Source: a virus
IMG/VR virus record: IMGVR_UViG_3300036715_000227
Span: 2,353 to 66,352 of that record
DNA length: 64,000 bases
Strand: one strand, 5' to 3'
A program made the position numbers and the translations under genes. Shown one piece after another: positions 1 through 9,530 of this stretch (position 1 is its first letter; each line of letters opens with the position of its first letter). A model generated the notes under the pieces. It had not been told where the DNA came from, ran no database searches, and was given only the letters and a program-made list of their open reading frames with translations.

Positions 1-283
1 GTGCATAGTGACCGTGTACCATTACGCCGTCTGCATCAAGTTGCTCGCCCTCAAAGGGCCAGCGTTCTGTGATCTCGTCTGGGTCAAGCCAGGCACCTGC
101 ACCACGGTCCATCCAAACTTTGTCCTCGCAGTTGTTGTCCCATCCTTCGGGAGTTCCATTGTAGCCAGGCACCATAATGTTGTGCGTTACAATGACGCAG
201 CCAACCTTGAGTCGTTTGGCATAGGAGTTTTCAGCGAAACGTTTTGCAACGTCCATGTATGTTTTATTGAGTTTTGGATTCAT
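1..283 (-). CDS. dCMP deaminase (3' end beyond window start)
   Basis: Hand translation MNPKLNKTYMDVAKRFAENSYAKRLKVGCVIV..GYNGTPEGWDNNCED; typical dCMP deaminase N-terminus; missing from ORF track. Confidence 0.85.
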   Translation of the reverse strand, partial: MNPKLNKTYMDVAKRFAENSYAKRLKVGCVIVTHNIMVPGYNGTPEGWDNNCEDKVWMDRGAGAWLDPDEITERWPFEGEQLDADGVMVHGHYA

Positions 284-292
284 ATTTGAATT

Positions 293-367
293 TGGTCCCC
301 TCAAGAAGAATCGAACTTCTATTTACTCGTTAGGAGTGAGTCGTACTGTCCATTGTACTATAAAGGG
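293..367 (-). tRNA. tRNA-Arg(CCU)
   Basis: Cloverleaf, loop CT-CCT-AA, T loop TTCGATT, CCA. Confidence 0.85.
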
Positions 368-1086
368 TTATAATTTTTACATTCGGCCAATGTCTTTATT
401 ATTATAAGGTTTTTTATCTGTTTTGTCAAGCACTCAAGCTTCGCTTGCTGTGCCTTGATGGCATATGGATTCTTCGGATCTAAGTATAAATCATAATCTA
501 TCAAATAAAAATCTGGGAAATAATTATGGCTTACTCCTACATCGTCAATCCATTTAATTGCTGGTGGTCTGGTCCAATTGATTTTGATTTCATCTAATCT
601 TTTTGCTAAAGCTTCTTTCCAGGACGAATCCAATTTAACTATTGATCCATCTAACTTAGTGTAACTGCGAATTGACCTAACCAATCGCCTATGTGTAGAG
701 GCTAACGCTTTTTTCCGTAATATAGCTATGGTTTCATCCGAGTGTTTCCACCCGCCAAATTGAGAATGATCGACGTGCTCATATTTTCCATCAGCCCAGG
801 CTTGTTTAATTCCTGCGGCAGATTTTTCCCTCGAGTTTTTAGTTTGCATTTGCGATGCATTACTTGCCTCGACATACAATTCTCGCTTAGGATTTTCCAA
901 GCACCACCTAACATGATTTGCTCTATTTGCTTTTGCAAAAATATTTAATTGAAGAGCGCAGTACGGGCACGTATCTAATTTTACAAATTTTGGCTTCGGC
1001 CCTTGGCCAGTACATGATCTAATATGATTAGCATAACCTTGCGTTTTAATGTCGTAGTGACATTTACTGCATTTAGTAATTTTCAT
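358..1086 (-). CDS. Zn-finger/NUMOD3 + PD-(D/E)XK (TnsA-like) putative homing endonuclease
   Basis: CSKC..H, CPYC..H, YFPDFYL..LYLDPK; start moved to ATG 1086 because the longer ORF overlaps tRNA-Arg; stop lies inside the downstream tRNA. Confidence 0.7.
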   Translation of the reverse strand: MKITKCSKCHYDIKTQGYANHIRSCTGQGPKPKFVKLDTCPYCALQLNIFAKANRANHVRWCLENPKRELYVEASNASQMQTKNSREKSAAGIKQAWADGKYEHVDHSQFGGWKHSDETIAILRKKALASTHRRLVRSIRSYTKLDGSIVKLDSSWKEALAKRLDEIKINWTRPPAIKWIDDVGVSHNYFPDFYLIDYDLYLDPKNPYAIKAQQAKLECLTKQIKNLIIIKTLAECKNYNPL

Positions 1087-1101
1087 AAAGATAAAATAAA
1101 T

Positions 1102-1178
1102 TGGTGCGCCCGGAGGGATTCGAACCCCCAACTATTCGGGTAGAAGCCGAGTACTCTGATCCATTGAGTTACGGGCGC
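1102..1178 (-). tRNA. tRNA-Arg(UCU)
   Basis: Loop CT-TCT-AC, GGTTCGAATCC, CCA. Confidence 0.9.
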
Positions 1179-1276
1179 ATACTTTATTTATGCCAAACGT
1201 TTGTACTATCCATTATACGAACGCCAGATATTAACTGTAGTATACTATTTACTGATTTTGTCGTCAAACTATTTGA

Positions 1277-1351
1277 TGGTCCGCCCTAGTGGAATCGAAC
1301 CACTATCACAGCGTTCGGAACACTGTATCCTATCCATTGGACGAAGAGCAG
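1277..1351 (-). tRNA. tRNA-Arg(CCG)
   Basis: CAGTG-TTCCGAA-CGCTG, CCA. Confidence 0.88.
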
Positions 1352-1402
1352 TCGTGAAAAATCCTACGTAGCTCGCGCCTTGAACGTAGGATGTTGTTAA
1401 CC

Positions 1403-1478
1403 TGGAGCGGGAAAAGAGGCTCGAACTCTCGACCTCAACCTTGGCAAGGTTGCGCTCTACCAACTGAGCTATTCCCGC
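1403..1478 (-). tRNA. tRNA-Gly(GCC)
   Basis: Near-canonical GCGGGAATAGCTCAGTTGGTAGAGCG..TTGCCAA..TCCA. Confidence 0.95.
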
Positions 1479-1573
1479 ATTTAGTTTATGTTAGGCTCCC
1501 TCGTCTCCTGAGAATTTAACCCCATTCGATAGCCGTGTACTCCTGGGGATAAACAAACCCCGAGCATATGTAT

Positions 1574-1789
1574 TTATTCCGGCTGCGCCACAGCCGCGCC
1601 AAATTCTTTCTTCTCACGCTTGACCACTACGCTTGCAGCCACTTGCGCTTCGATCATGCAACGACGGTAGTGTGCACGATGCTCTGCATCACGGAAGGGA
1701 CGCAAAGCAAGAGCACGTTTTGCGGTCTTGCTTAGACGAAATGCCTTGCCGGTAATGCGAGGCTTACGGGGAATGTTTTCTGTTGCCAT
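1574..1789 (-). CDS. small basic hypothetical protein
   Basis: 71 aa ORF with AGGA RBS. Confidence 0.6.
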   Translation of the reverse strand: MATENIPRKPRITGKAFRLSKTAKRALALRPFRDAEHRAHYRRCMIEAQVAASVVVKREKKEFGAAVAQPE

Positions 1790-1818
1790 ATTTTCCTATA
1801 AAGGTTGTTGAAAGTTGT

Positions 1819-1908
1819 TGGCAGAGCGCTAGGGAGTCGAACCCTATGACCGTAGTAATACGGTCTACGGATTAGCAATCCGCTGCCTTACCGTCCGGCC
1901 CGCGCTCT
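1819..1908 (-). tRNA. tRNA-Ser(GCU)
   Basis: GCGGA-TTGCTAA-TCCGT, long variable arm, G73, CCA. Confidence 0.92.
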
Positions 1909-1954
1909 GTATATGTATTATAGCTTAGATTGCTTTCCCACGCAATAGTTTTGG

Positions 1955-2263
1955 TTAAACTACGGTAACAGGAGGTGCTTCGATCACTGAAGCTACTGCA
2001 TGATATGCAGATACTTCATAAGAAATAGGTAGAGGAACACCATATTTAGTCATAATTGCAACGGCGACAGCCTGAAATTCTGCTGCTGCTTCTTCGTTAA
2101 TCCATAACTTTTGCCATGTATTAGGGGCAATTTCATTGAAATGCATCGAATCTGTTTTTCCCGCAGCCAACATTTCTTCTAATTTTATATTCCGTTCATG
2201 TCTAGCGTCGACGTTGTCAACATCTTCTGCGTAAGCGGCCACTGATTGTATGGTCATTGTCAT
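1955..2263 (-). CDS. hypothetical protein
   Basis: 102 aa ORF, AAGGA RBS, TAAATA upstream. Confidence 0.6.
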   Translation of the reverse strand: MTMTIQSVAAYAEDVDNVDARHERNIKLEEMLAAGKTDSMHFNEIAPNTWQKLWINEEAAAEFQAVAVAIMTKYGVPLPISYEVSAYHAVASVIEAPPVTVV

Positions 2264-2340
2264 AATAAAATTCCTTTTCTATCATGTATTTATGCTGTAC
2301 AATTGTAGTTTAACTACGATGTAAGGTATTTTGACGATAA

Positions 2341-4512
2341 TTAGTACGGCAACACTTGTACACTATCATACACTCTGTTTCTGTATTCTGCGGGCGTGGC
2401 ACTCTCAGAAAACTCAACAATAGGGCTAACCAATTTAATAGTGTTCACATCAAATTTAGTGAACCTGTTGGACTTTTTATTGTAATCACTTATGAACGGA
2501 TTCGTAAAGTCCACGATCACAGTGGCATCATTGAACCAGAATCCAGCCTTAGGTTGCACTGACTCTCCCTTTTCTAAGTAGGTCAGTACACCATAATAGT
2601 ACGCAGGATCGTCGATTAAATCTATTTCATCAACTACGAATTTGTTAATGATAATATATTTGTCTTTAATAATGTTACCGTGCTCGTCAATAATTGTATC
2701 ATTGACATCTTTATTAAAGAATGATACCGTTAACTTATTCGTGTCCGCCTGTATCAAATCAGGCAAACTAATGGTGTGAGTGCCTTCTTCTAAGGTCGTG
2801 TTGTATATAATGTCGTCATTATATGTTATACGCAAACCAGGGAGATCACCTTTGCTGTGACTTACATTCACTGCTAACTCAACATTAATTGGTTTAGAAG
2901 CTGCTCCTACTTTTTCCATTACTAACCCAAGGAACTCGTCCCAGTGTTCATAGTAATACTCTGATACGTTGACAATGTCTTTGTTATATCCATACTTGGC
3001 AAATATCTCATCGTGCCATTCTTCTGCTTCTGCTGCCTTAGCTGGCACACTAAGGGAAAGAGACTTAGTGTAACCTTCAGACATAATAGGAAGTTTATAC
3101 TCGTGGCAAAGTCTATGAAAGATTGCCCATCTAATATATCTTTCTTTATATGTTAGTGATGGATTCTTGGGCGTCCACCAAATTGACTTTTCTTTCTTAA
3201 TGAGCTCTGACTTGCCTTCGCGGTCATCCCACGCAGGAGTACCTTCGCCTATTTCGAATGTTCGCCCGGGATTAATGGCGTTGAGTACACCTATACGAGC
3301 ATACTTCATTAAGTTGAACGCAAGCACACATGTCTCGATGAAGTTATCCCATTTCTCTGCCCAATGACCCACAATCATTAAAGGAATGAATTTAATTCCA
3401 TTCTTCTCGAAGTGTTCGGCATCCCAATACAATCCTTCAACTACTGTTTTCTTATTCATTGCAAGTAAGACTTCATTACTGCCTGTTTCGACACCAATGG
3501 ACACACTACTAAGTCCGGAACGTCCTAGTAATTCATACAATTCAGGCTTCATTTGCCCAGCTGGCCTACTAATCCATCCAGATGCTGACCAGCGAATCTT
3601 TTTGTCAGGATTGGCATCATTATATTCTGCTAATGCAGCGGCCATCGCTTTGAGGTTTTTAACACTACCGTTAGCCAAGCTGTCAAGGAAATTGAAATGT
3701 CGTATGTTATACTTCTCAGCAAGGAAAACTATTTCACGAACAATGTTATCACCTGTTCTAAACCTGTATTTAAATCCTTGTACCTTGTTTACATCGCAGT
3801 AGTCGCAATTACGAACACAACCCTTGCTACTAAACACAGGAAGTTGCACTGTCCCTTCGTAACCAAACGTAGCATAATCGGCTAAGCGAAAGTCATCGAA
3901 GTTTGAGAATGGGAATTCTTGTTTGTTATAATCAGCATAGAAAAACTTTTGAGATTCCACTGAGCCGTTCTTCAATAATTCAATTAACGGTTCTTCTCCG
4001 TCCCCTGAAATAACCACGTCAACTACTTTGCGTTTCTTCACAAACATATCATAGTTCAGCATCTTTTCAGCCGATGTAACTTTGAACATCTTTTGTGCTA
4101 ATTCAAGAATAGGAATAGGTGCACCGTTCCCGCCCACTACAATGTTAATTTCTGGATTTAATTTTTTGATTCTCTCTGCCAACAAGTAAGTGCCCACATG
4201 AGAGTAAAGCGAGAATACACTAAAGCCAACCCATCGTGGATTCATGTCCACTATGTTCCGGGCCCACAAGTCGAGAAAGTCTGATATTATTTTTGCATTA
4301 TCTTCGCTAATTGGATCTTCTTCGTAGAAGTAATGCTGGAGATCGTTAAACTTTGTTAGATTGTTGTCTACATGTTTATACAATTCCATTCCGACGTCGA
4401 AAGTCTTACATGTCAACCCTTCAGCCTGAATGGCACCTTTCAAAACGGCAAGTGCCAGTGGGGGGTTTTCCAGCTGCGTGAAAGGAACCGAAACCAGTAC
4501 TATGTCGAGCAT
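2341..4512 (-). CDS. cobalamin-binding radical SAM protein
   Basis: PPLALAVLKG..VGFS..IVVGG..GDGE B12-type domain; SKGCVRNCDYC CxxxCxxC. Confidence 0.9.
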   Translation of the reverse strand: MLDIVLVSVPFTQLENPPLALAVLKGAIQAEGLTCKTFDVGMELYKHVDNNLTKFNDLQHYFYEEDPISEDNAKIISDFLDLWARNIVDMNPRWVGFSVFSLYSHVGTYLLAERIKKLNPEINIVVGGNGAPIPILELAQKMFKVTSAEKMLNYDMFVKKRKVVDVVISGDGEEPLIELLKNGSVESQKFFYADYNKQEFPFSNFDDFRLADYATFGYEGTVQLPVFSSKGCVRNCDYCDVNKVQGFKYRFRTGDNIVREIVFLAEKYNIRHFNFLDSLANGSVKNLKAMAAALAEYNDANPDKKIRWSASGWISRPAGQMKPELYELLGRSGLSSVSIGVETGSNEVLLAMNKKTVVEGLYWDAEHFEKNGIKFIPLMIVGHWAEKWDNFIETCVLAFNLMKYARIGVLNAINPGRTFEIGEGTPAWDDREGKSELIKKEKSIWWTPKNPSLTYKERYIRWAIFHRLCHEYKLPIMSEGYTKSLSLSVPAKAAEAEEWHDEIFAKYGYNKDIVNVSEYYYEHWDEFLGLVMEKVGAASKPINVELAVNVSHSKGDLPGLRITYNDDIIYNTTLEEGTHTISLPDLIQADTNKLTVSFFNKDVNDTIIDEHGNIIKDKYIIINKFVVDEIDLIDDPAYYYGVLTYLEKGESVQPKAGFWFNDATVIVDFTNPFISDYNKKSNRFTKFDVNTIKLVSPIVEFSESATPAEYRNRVYDSVQVLPY

Positions 4513-4536
4513 ATTTGTTTAATTTTGTTTAAGGAT

Positions 4537-4610
4537 TGGTGCCCCACGAGAGAATCGAACTCCCGTCCTCGGATTACAAAACCGATGTACTACCATTGTA
4601 CTAGTAGGGC
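4537..4610 (-). tRNA. tRNA-Thr(UGU)
   Basis: Loop TT-TGT-AA, CCA. Confidence 0.9.
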
Positions 4611-4665
4611 AATGTTGCTGCTAAAGTATTTATACGCAGATAAAGAATATGAATATTTTGTCGTG

Positions 4666-4691
4666 GCAAAGGGCACCTAAGTGCCCTTTGC
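4666..4691 (-). terminator. hairpin after DUF2828 gene
   Basis: Perfect inverted repeat GCAAAGGGCAC-CTAA-GTGCCCTTTGC. Confidence 0.6.
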
Positions 4692-4703
4692 GTCGCCTAC
4701 GCC

Positions 4704-6125
4704 TTAGGCGTAATCGTAACGTGGCTTCATAATAGCAGACTTCATGATGCCTTCTGGTGTGAATTCATCCATATCTGCGCCTAGCAATGCTGCTACAATA
4801 GCTGGGCTAAAGCCGCTAACCAATGCTGCACCAGACTTGTCTGCCTTAACAGGTGTGTTGTCACTAGAATTTAAATTCCAAAAAATTACACTAGGCATAG
4901 TGTAACCAGCAGCTTCGTACTTACGTTCGATCATTTGCATGGCCGAGTCGTCGTGCGTTACGCATCGGTCGAATTGCATGTCCGACAAGATCAATACCAT
5001 TGCTGGCATATCAGCTTGTGGGACAGAACCCTTAACTGCAACATCAAGGATCTTTGCAAATGCCTTGTTGATGTCAGTGTTCATTGCCCACTTAGACTTA
5101 ACCATTTGTTCCATCTTTTGGATGACGTCGCCCTTTAGGGTCAACAGTTCTGGCGAACCAGAGAAGGTTAAGAATGTGTCCTTGAACGCACCCTTGTTCT
5201 TATCAGCCAAGTACAATCCAAGGCTAACTGCAACGTCCAGGCAGGTTGTAACACCTGAACCAGACTTGCCACCTGCTGCGCAGGTCATAGAACCAGATAC
5301 GTCAACTAGAGGCAGGATACTTGCGTCACCTACGTAGTTTGGCAATGCGTTCCATTGCGCGATGATGTGATCCTTTTCAGTCTTGTTGTAGGAAGCACCG
5401 TAGGTACCAATCCCCTTCAAGACGTCGTATGGGAAAACTGCTGCGGCGTTAACCTTAACAGTTGGATCACCCTTCACCAATGCTGCAACGTATTCTGCGA
5501 ACTTGGTTGTGTTACGGCTGAAAGCCTTCTTGTAACGAGCCGAAGCTACAGATGGAACGTGCGAGAAGTTGATGTTATCCCAGTCCTTAGCGCACATCGC
5601 GGTTTCAACGACGTTAGTCATTGTAACCAGAGACTTACGGTAGAACTTTGGAGACATACCAAAGTGTTCACGGATTTCACGTGCGACTTCACCCTTACGA
5701 GGAGTCCACTTTGCAGCCAGACCGTTCTTTGCACGAAGTGCATCGCCCAGCATGTTGTATGCTGCATCCTTCATTGGCTTGGTCTTGAATACGAACAAGT
5801 CGTCCCAACGTCCAAGTTCAGGGATCTTAGCCAACAGAGCCTTAGCTGCGTCGGTATCAGCGCCTTCCAGGTACGCCATGATGTCACGGAAGATTTGACG
5901 TTCACCTGCACCACCACGAGCATCCCTGCTCCAGAGAGCAATGCGTAGAGCCAAATCCTTATCTTCCGCAAATGCAGAGACAAACTGTGGCACGATATTC
6001 TTCCCGCGTGATGCTCCTACATTATAGAAGAAATCAACACAGGCAGATGCCGAACTCTTGCGTGCCTTCATCCCATTGGATGTGCGAGATTCTTGGTTGG
6101 CGATTGCCTTTACAAATGCGTTCAT
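4704..6125 (-). CDS. DUF2828-type TROVE-like/vWA protein (Ro60-like RNA-binding candidate)
   Basis: RDARGGAGER, GRWDDL, LAAKWTPR helical region; vWA MIDAS DVSGSM, SDMQFD, IFWNL, LVSGFS. Confidence 0.85.
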   Translation of the reverse strand: MNAFVKAIANQESRTSNGMKARKSSASACVDFFYNVGASRGKNIVPQFVSAFAEDKDLALRIALWSRDARGGAGERQIFRDIMAYLEGADTDAAKALLAKIPELGRWDDLFVFKTKPMKDAAYNMLGDALRAKNGLAAKWTPRKGEVAREIREHFGMSPKFYRKSLVTMTNVVETAMCAKDWDNINFSHVPSVASARYKKAFSRNTTKFAEYVAALVKGDPTVKVNAAAVFPYDVLKGIGTYGASYNKTEKDHIIAQWNALPNYVGDASILPLVDVSGSMTCAAGGKSGSGVTTCLDVAVSLGLYLADKNKGAFKDTFLTFSGSPELLTLKGDVIQKMEQMVKSKWAMNTDINKAFAKILDVAVKGSVPQADMPAMVLILSDMQFDRCVTHDDSAMQMIERKYEAAGYTMPSVIFWNLNSSDNTPVKADKSGAALVSGFSPAIVAALLGADMDEFTPEGIMKSAIMKPRYDYA

Positions 6126-6138
6126 TTTTGATTTCCTT

Positions 6139-6178
6139 CAGATTACTTTTAAAATATTGAAATTGCTGTTAATAACCT
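6139..6178 (-). promoter_or_regulatory. CAGCAA-stem module in the DUF2828 leader, abutting the RBS
   Basis: AGGTTAT-TAA-CAGCAA..GTAATCT followed by GAAGGA-N9-ATG. Confidence 0.6.
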
Positions 6179-6196
6179 ATTACTATAGAGTATTTG

Positions 6197-6392
6197 ATTT
6201 AGTGCCCCGGGCTTGATTCCGGATTGTAACACACTACCAGTTACCTGCGTTGGGATATGCGTCCACATTGCCCACTCCACTTTCTCTCGATACCTTCGCA
6301 GTCTGGTCCTCACACCACAAGTCGCTAAACAAGGGACCAAATCTTTGTATTTCTGCACCGTATCTATGGTTTCCTTCAACCACGCCACTAAA
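6197..6392 (-). ncRNA. candidate closed structured RNA (~195 nt)
   Basis: Terminal stem ATTTAGTG/CACTAAAT, internal hairpins TGGTCC/GGACCA and CCGG/CCGG. Confidence 0.4.
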
Positions 6393-6407
6393 TTAAACAC
6401 TCTATAT

Positions 6408-6667
6408 AACAGGATGAGCGAGACAGTAAGAGATTATCGACTAGCCCCATCCGCAGTATATCGCTTCAAGTCTCACCAGTCTATCTAAATTATTCTAACT
6501 TAGAAAACTATCTCATATTCTACGAGCACTATTGCATGTTCTACGCACACTATCTCTACGGAAATTGGGGTATACCACCGAAGCAGCCACTTGCGTGCGC
6601 CCAACCTTGAACTAAATCGTCCTTCAAGCAATTTTAAGTATAGTTTTATGGTTGCTGAATTCATCCT
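6408..6667 (-). ncRNA. CAGCAA-stem (Y-RNA-like) RNA, long form
   Basis: AGGATGA-ATT-CAGCAA..TCATCCT-GTT, GCAA/UUCG-capped hairpins. Confidence 0.65.
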
Positions 6668-6675
6668 ACGCAAAC

Positions 6676-6810
6676 AACGGGATAGTTGCCTACTTTTTTC
6701 TTTTATCGAGAGGAACTGTCGAAACCGCTCTATCTAATCGAGCCCAATGCAAGCACTGGGTTATCTTTTAGCATTCCATAGTGATTGTATGGGTTGCTGT
6801 ACCTATCCCT
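6676..6810 (-). ncRNA. CAGCAA-stem (Y-RNA-like) RNA
   Basis: GGGATAG-GTA-CAGCAA..CTATCCC-GTT. Confidence 0.65.
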
Positions 6811-6840
6811 TTAAAACTCTTTTAACTAACTTAAGTATCT

Positions 6841-6869
6841 ATTGTACAATAAAAAGATTTAAAGTACAA
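6841..6869 (-). promoter_or_regulatory. sigma70-type promoter upstream of the Y-like RNAs and DUF2828
   Basis: TTGTAC-N17-TACAAT. Confidence 0.6.
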
Positions 6870-6883
6870 TCATTTTGGTAAAC

Positions 6884-7147
6884 TTACTTTGCTGATGCAA
6901 GCTGTTTCTTTGCTTGCTCAGCAATCTTGTCACGGAGGTAGTCTGGACCAATCTCGCCATTTTGAATTTCAAGCAATGCTGTCACTTCAGAGTGAACATG
7001 CTCGCGACGATTGCTATTTCGATTTTTGATTCGAATCTCACGTGCCCTTGCGGATGCAATAATGACCATGTCATAACGGGAACCGATGTTGCTGACGCAC
7101 TTGTCAGTGTCAATATCTGGACCGCGGCTTAGTGTTACTGAACTCAT
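6884..7147 (-). CDS. rpoZ: RNA polymerase omega subunit homolog
   Basis: SRYDMVIIASARAREI..EVTALLEIQNGEIG resembles omega conserved blocks; TTGACT-N17-TATAAT upstream. Confidence 0.8.
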   Translation of the reverse strand: MSSVTLSRGPDIDTDKCVSNIGSRYDMVIIASARAREIRIKNRNSNRREHVHSEVTALLEIQNGEIGPDYLRDKIAEQAKKQLASAK

Positions 7148-7208
7148 TTTGTGACCTTTAAAGTTGTTGCAAACTTATTATACAGTAAGAACAATTAAAA
7201 GTCAACTG

Positions 7209-7601
7209 TTATTTCTGTCTTTTGGAAAACTCAACCCATTGCATGTCATAGAAGTCTATGTGGTCCAGGAAGGACCTTTCCCATATTCCGAGGGTATATC
7301 TTAACGACATATAGCGAAATCCTGTGATTGACTGGTTGTGTATATCTGTCAAATCAGACACCAATTTTTTGTGTGCTGCACTGTGCATCAGCATAAACGG
7401 GTAATGCGCATCTGTCATTAACCGTTCTTCTTCTTGCAAATCCTTGGTCAGTATCTCCACTGTTTTGCCTATTAGGGCAGAACTGAGATCTCTGTCGATT
7501 GCAACGCCCTCGGCAGTATTAAGATTATGGATGATACCCCAATGGGATTCATCCATTTCTTTTATGCCGAGTTTATAGTGTTCAAAAATTTCTGGGCTCA
7601 T
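7209..7601 (-). CDS. hemerythrin-like protein
   Basis: LGIKEMDESH..EERLM..YP..HSAAH..DHIDFYD; one His ligand appears replaced. Confidence 0.75.
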   Translation of the reverse strand: MSPEIFEHYKLGIKEMDESHWGIIHNLNTAEGVAIDRDLSSALIGKTVEILTKDLQEEERLMTDAHYPFMLMHSAAHKKLVSDLTDIHNQSITGFRYMSLRYTLGIWERSFLDHIDFYDMQWVEFSKRQK

Positions 7602-7678
7602 ATTTTATTGTTATTATAAAATACTTATCGCCCGCGACTAAGTAGAAATACTATGCGTTAAGTTTTCTACTGTTATAA

Positions 7679-7754
7679 TGGTACCTTGGACTGGACTCGA
7701 ACCAGTATCGCTCTCCGTGTAAAGGAGACGTATGACCTCTCTACGCACCAAGGC
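7679..7754 (-). tRNA. tRNA-Val(UAC)
   Basis: TCTCC-TTTACAC-GGAGA, CCA. Confidence 0.88.
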
Positions 7755-7895
7755 TTTTGTATGCTCTAAGATAACTATTTCGTTTAGTTAACTTTTTATA
7801 TCTGCTACCGTGTCCCTTGCTTCCGAAGTTTTCAGTTTGTGTATGACATTAGCTATATTTCTAAAACGGCACTCTACCAACTGAGCTATCAAGGC
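7741..7895 (-). pseudogene. tRNA 5' half fused to an HNH C-terminal remnant
   Basis: GCCTTGATAGCTCAGTTGGTAGAGTG then frame CHTQTENFGSKG..., ending at TAG inside tRNA-Val. Confidence 0.6.
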
Positions 7896-7898
7896 AAT

Positions 7899-8153
7899 TT
7901 AAAAAGAGGTTGACATCCAACCATCTTCATCATCTTCATATTCGGGAAACGATTCAGCATGTAACTTTTGTAACGCAAACAATGCGGTTGTTACTTCAGC
8001 TGGGAATCCCTGCCTGTCATTGCGGCCATCCACCAACAACTTATTAATGTAATCCGGAAACTCTTTGTTTCCCCAAAACAATTCAATTCCTTTAGCAATG
8101 CGAGGGAACGTTGCATTCAACGTAAGCAAATTCGTGATCAACTCTCCTGACAT
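7899..8153 (-). CDS. hypothetical protein (WG..EF..Y..LL..RQGFP type)
   Basis: Paralog of the adjacent ORF; AGGAG RBS region. Confidence 0.7.
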   Translation of the reverse strand: MSGELITNLLTLNATFPRIAKGIELFWGNKEFPDYINKLLVDGRNDRQGFPAEVTTALFALQKLHAESFPEYEDDEDGWMSTSF

Positions 8154-8154
8154 A

Positions 8155-8373
8155 CTAAATCCTAAATTCTTTTTGGTGTTCTTGACTCAATTCAATTAAT
8201 GCAAGTAATGCATCTGCGCCAAACTCTCTTGCTCTACCTGACACGGTCACGTTGAGCAAAGTATTCATGTACGGACGAAATTCTTTCTTGCCCCACATGA
8301 GGCATAAATGCTTACTTACTTCTGCATGTTCTTCATCAAGTAATGTAAAGTGTTCACTTTTCATAATTATCAT
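8155..8373 (-). CDS. hypothetical protein, paralog of 7899-8153
   Basis: LMWGKKEFRPYMNTLL..ALLALIEL. Confidence 0.65.
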   Translation of the reverse strand: MIIMKSEHFTLLDEEHAEVSKHLCLMWGKKEFRPYMNTLLNVTVSGRAREFGADALLALIELSQEHQKEFRI

Positions 8374-8618
8374 ACAGTATTTAGTTGTTGCGTCTTTAAT
8401 ATTTTGTCACGACGCTTATAAAGCGCAGCGTTAGAGATATTTAGCATTTTCTCTAGTTCACTTATGTTATAACTTGAGCAAGTCTATGATATCCCAATCT
8501 ACTTTTCTTTTATTTGTCTGCGCACATTTATGACTGCAAAATTTTTGCGAGGCAGGCTTCTTAATATTGCACACTGGGCAAGCATCATACTCTGCTGTTG
8601 CAGGTTAGATACTAATAA

Positions 8619-8696
8619 TGGCTCCGCACACTGGAATCGAACCAGTTTAAACAGGGATTAACAGTCCCGACCATGTCCTTACTCGGTTTCTGCGGA
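8619..8696 (-). tRNA. tRNA-Asn(GUU)
   Basis: Loop CT-GTT-AA, G73, CCA; near duplicate of 22274-22351. Confidence 0.88.
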
Positions 8697-8860
8697 ATAA
8701 ATTCTTGCGCTACGGTCCAATAACCCCGTTCAAGTCTGCGCCAACATATCAGCAGTATAGTTAAATTTCATCTGTGATACATCCCAGTTTACGCTGGTCC
8801 GGTAAAGTCCTATACGACTTATCACATTGGCATTCTCCTAAAACTACTGACTAACAATTC

Positions 8861-8936
8861 TGGTGCCCTCAGTCGGATTCGAACTGACCACATCCGCCTT
8901 ACAAGAGCGGCGCTCTACCAAATGAGCTATAAGGGC
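8861..8936 (-). tRNA. tRNA-Thr(UGU)
   Basis: CCGCT-CTTGTAA-GGCGG. Confidence 0.92.
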
Positions 8937-8942
8937 TTTATA

Positions 8943-9479
8943 CTAACTATTTATGGTGCGGGTGGACGGACTTGAACCGTCAAGCTGTGAGGCGGTTGAT
9001 TTTAAGTCAACTGAGTTTACCGATTTCTCCACACCCGCGTTATTCTTTTTCCTGCCACCTTTGTGGTTGGCTGCAATCTTTGCCTTGTGATCTTCGCTTA
9101 ATACGTTACCTTTATTGCCTCGACCGGCAGTATTTCCTACTGCTTTTCTACTATTAATTCTGCAAGCTTCTTCGTACCCGTATTTCTCTATCATTTTGTC
9201 CCAGGGACTTTTATGTCCTCCTGGTTGCTCTGCACGATCAATAGTCAAGTTATCTACATCAGTTCCCCAATACAAATGCTTCGGGTTGCTGCACTTACCA
9301 TTGTGGCATCCGTGGCACAAAGGATTCTACCCGACGGAATTGTCGTATCCAGATACTGTGCAAGCACGCCTTTATGGTTAAGTGGAATTTCCACCGCGCT
9401 CGCAACAAGGAGTAGTTAAGTCTAAATGACTTCTACGCTCGTCTCTTGACCGGGTAATAAACTCTTTGATTTCTATCAT
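8943..9479 (-). pseudogene. frameshifted HNH/NUMOD3 endonuclease
   Basis: MIEIKEF..CCERGGNST* / HKGVLAQYL.. / CHGCHNGKCSNPKHLYWGT..DN in different frames. Confidence 0.65.
8954..9038 (-). tRNA. tRNA-Leu(UAA)
   Basis: GTTGA-CTTAAAA-TCAAC, long variable arm. Confidence 0.92.
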
Positions 9480-9530
9480 CTTAAAACAATTATAATACAG
9501 TATTATTTATACTGCAAGGAAAACGGTAAT

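Noticed and set aside
6149-6400. 83-aa ORF upstream of DUF2828
   Set aside because: No RBS, non-ATG start, and it coincides with structured RNA candidates.
8385-8610. Zn-finger/HTH coding fragment
   Set aside because: Frameshifted with no start codon; endonuclease debris.
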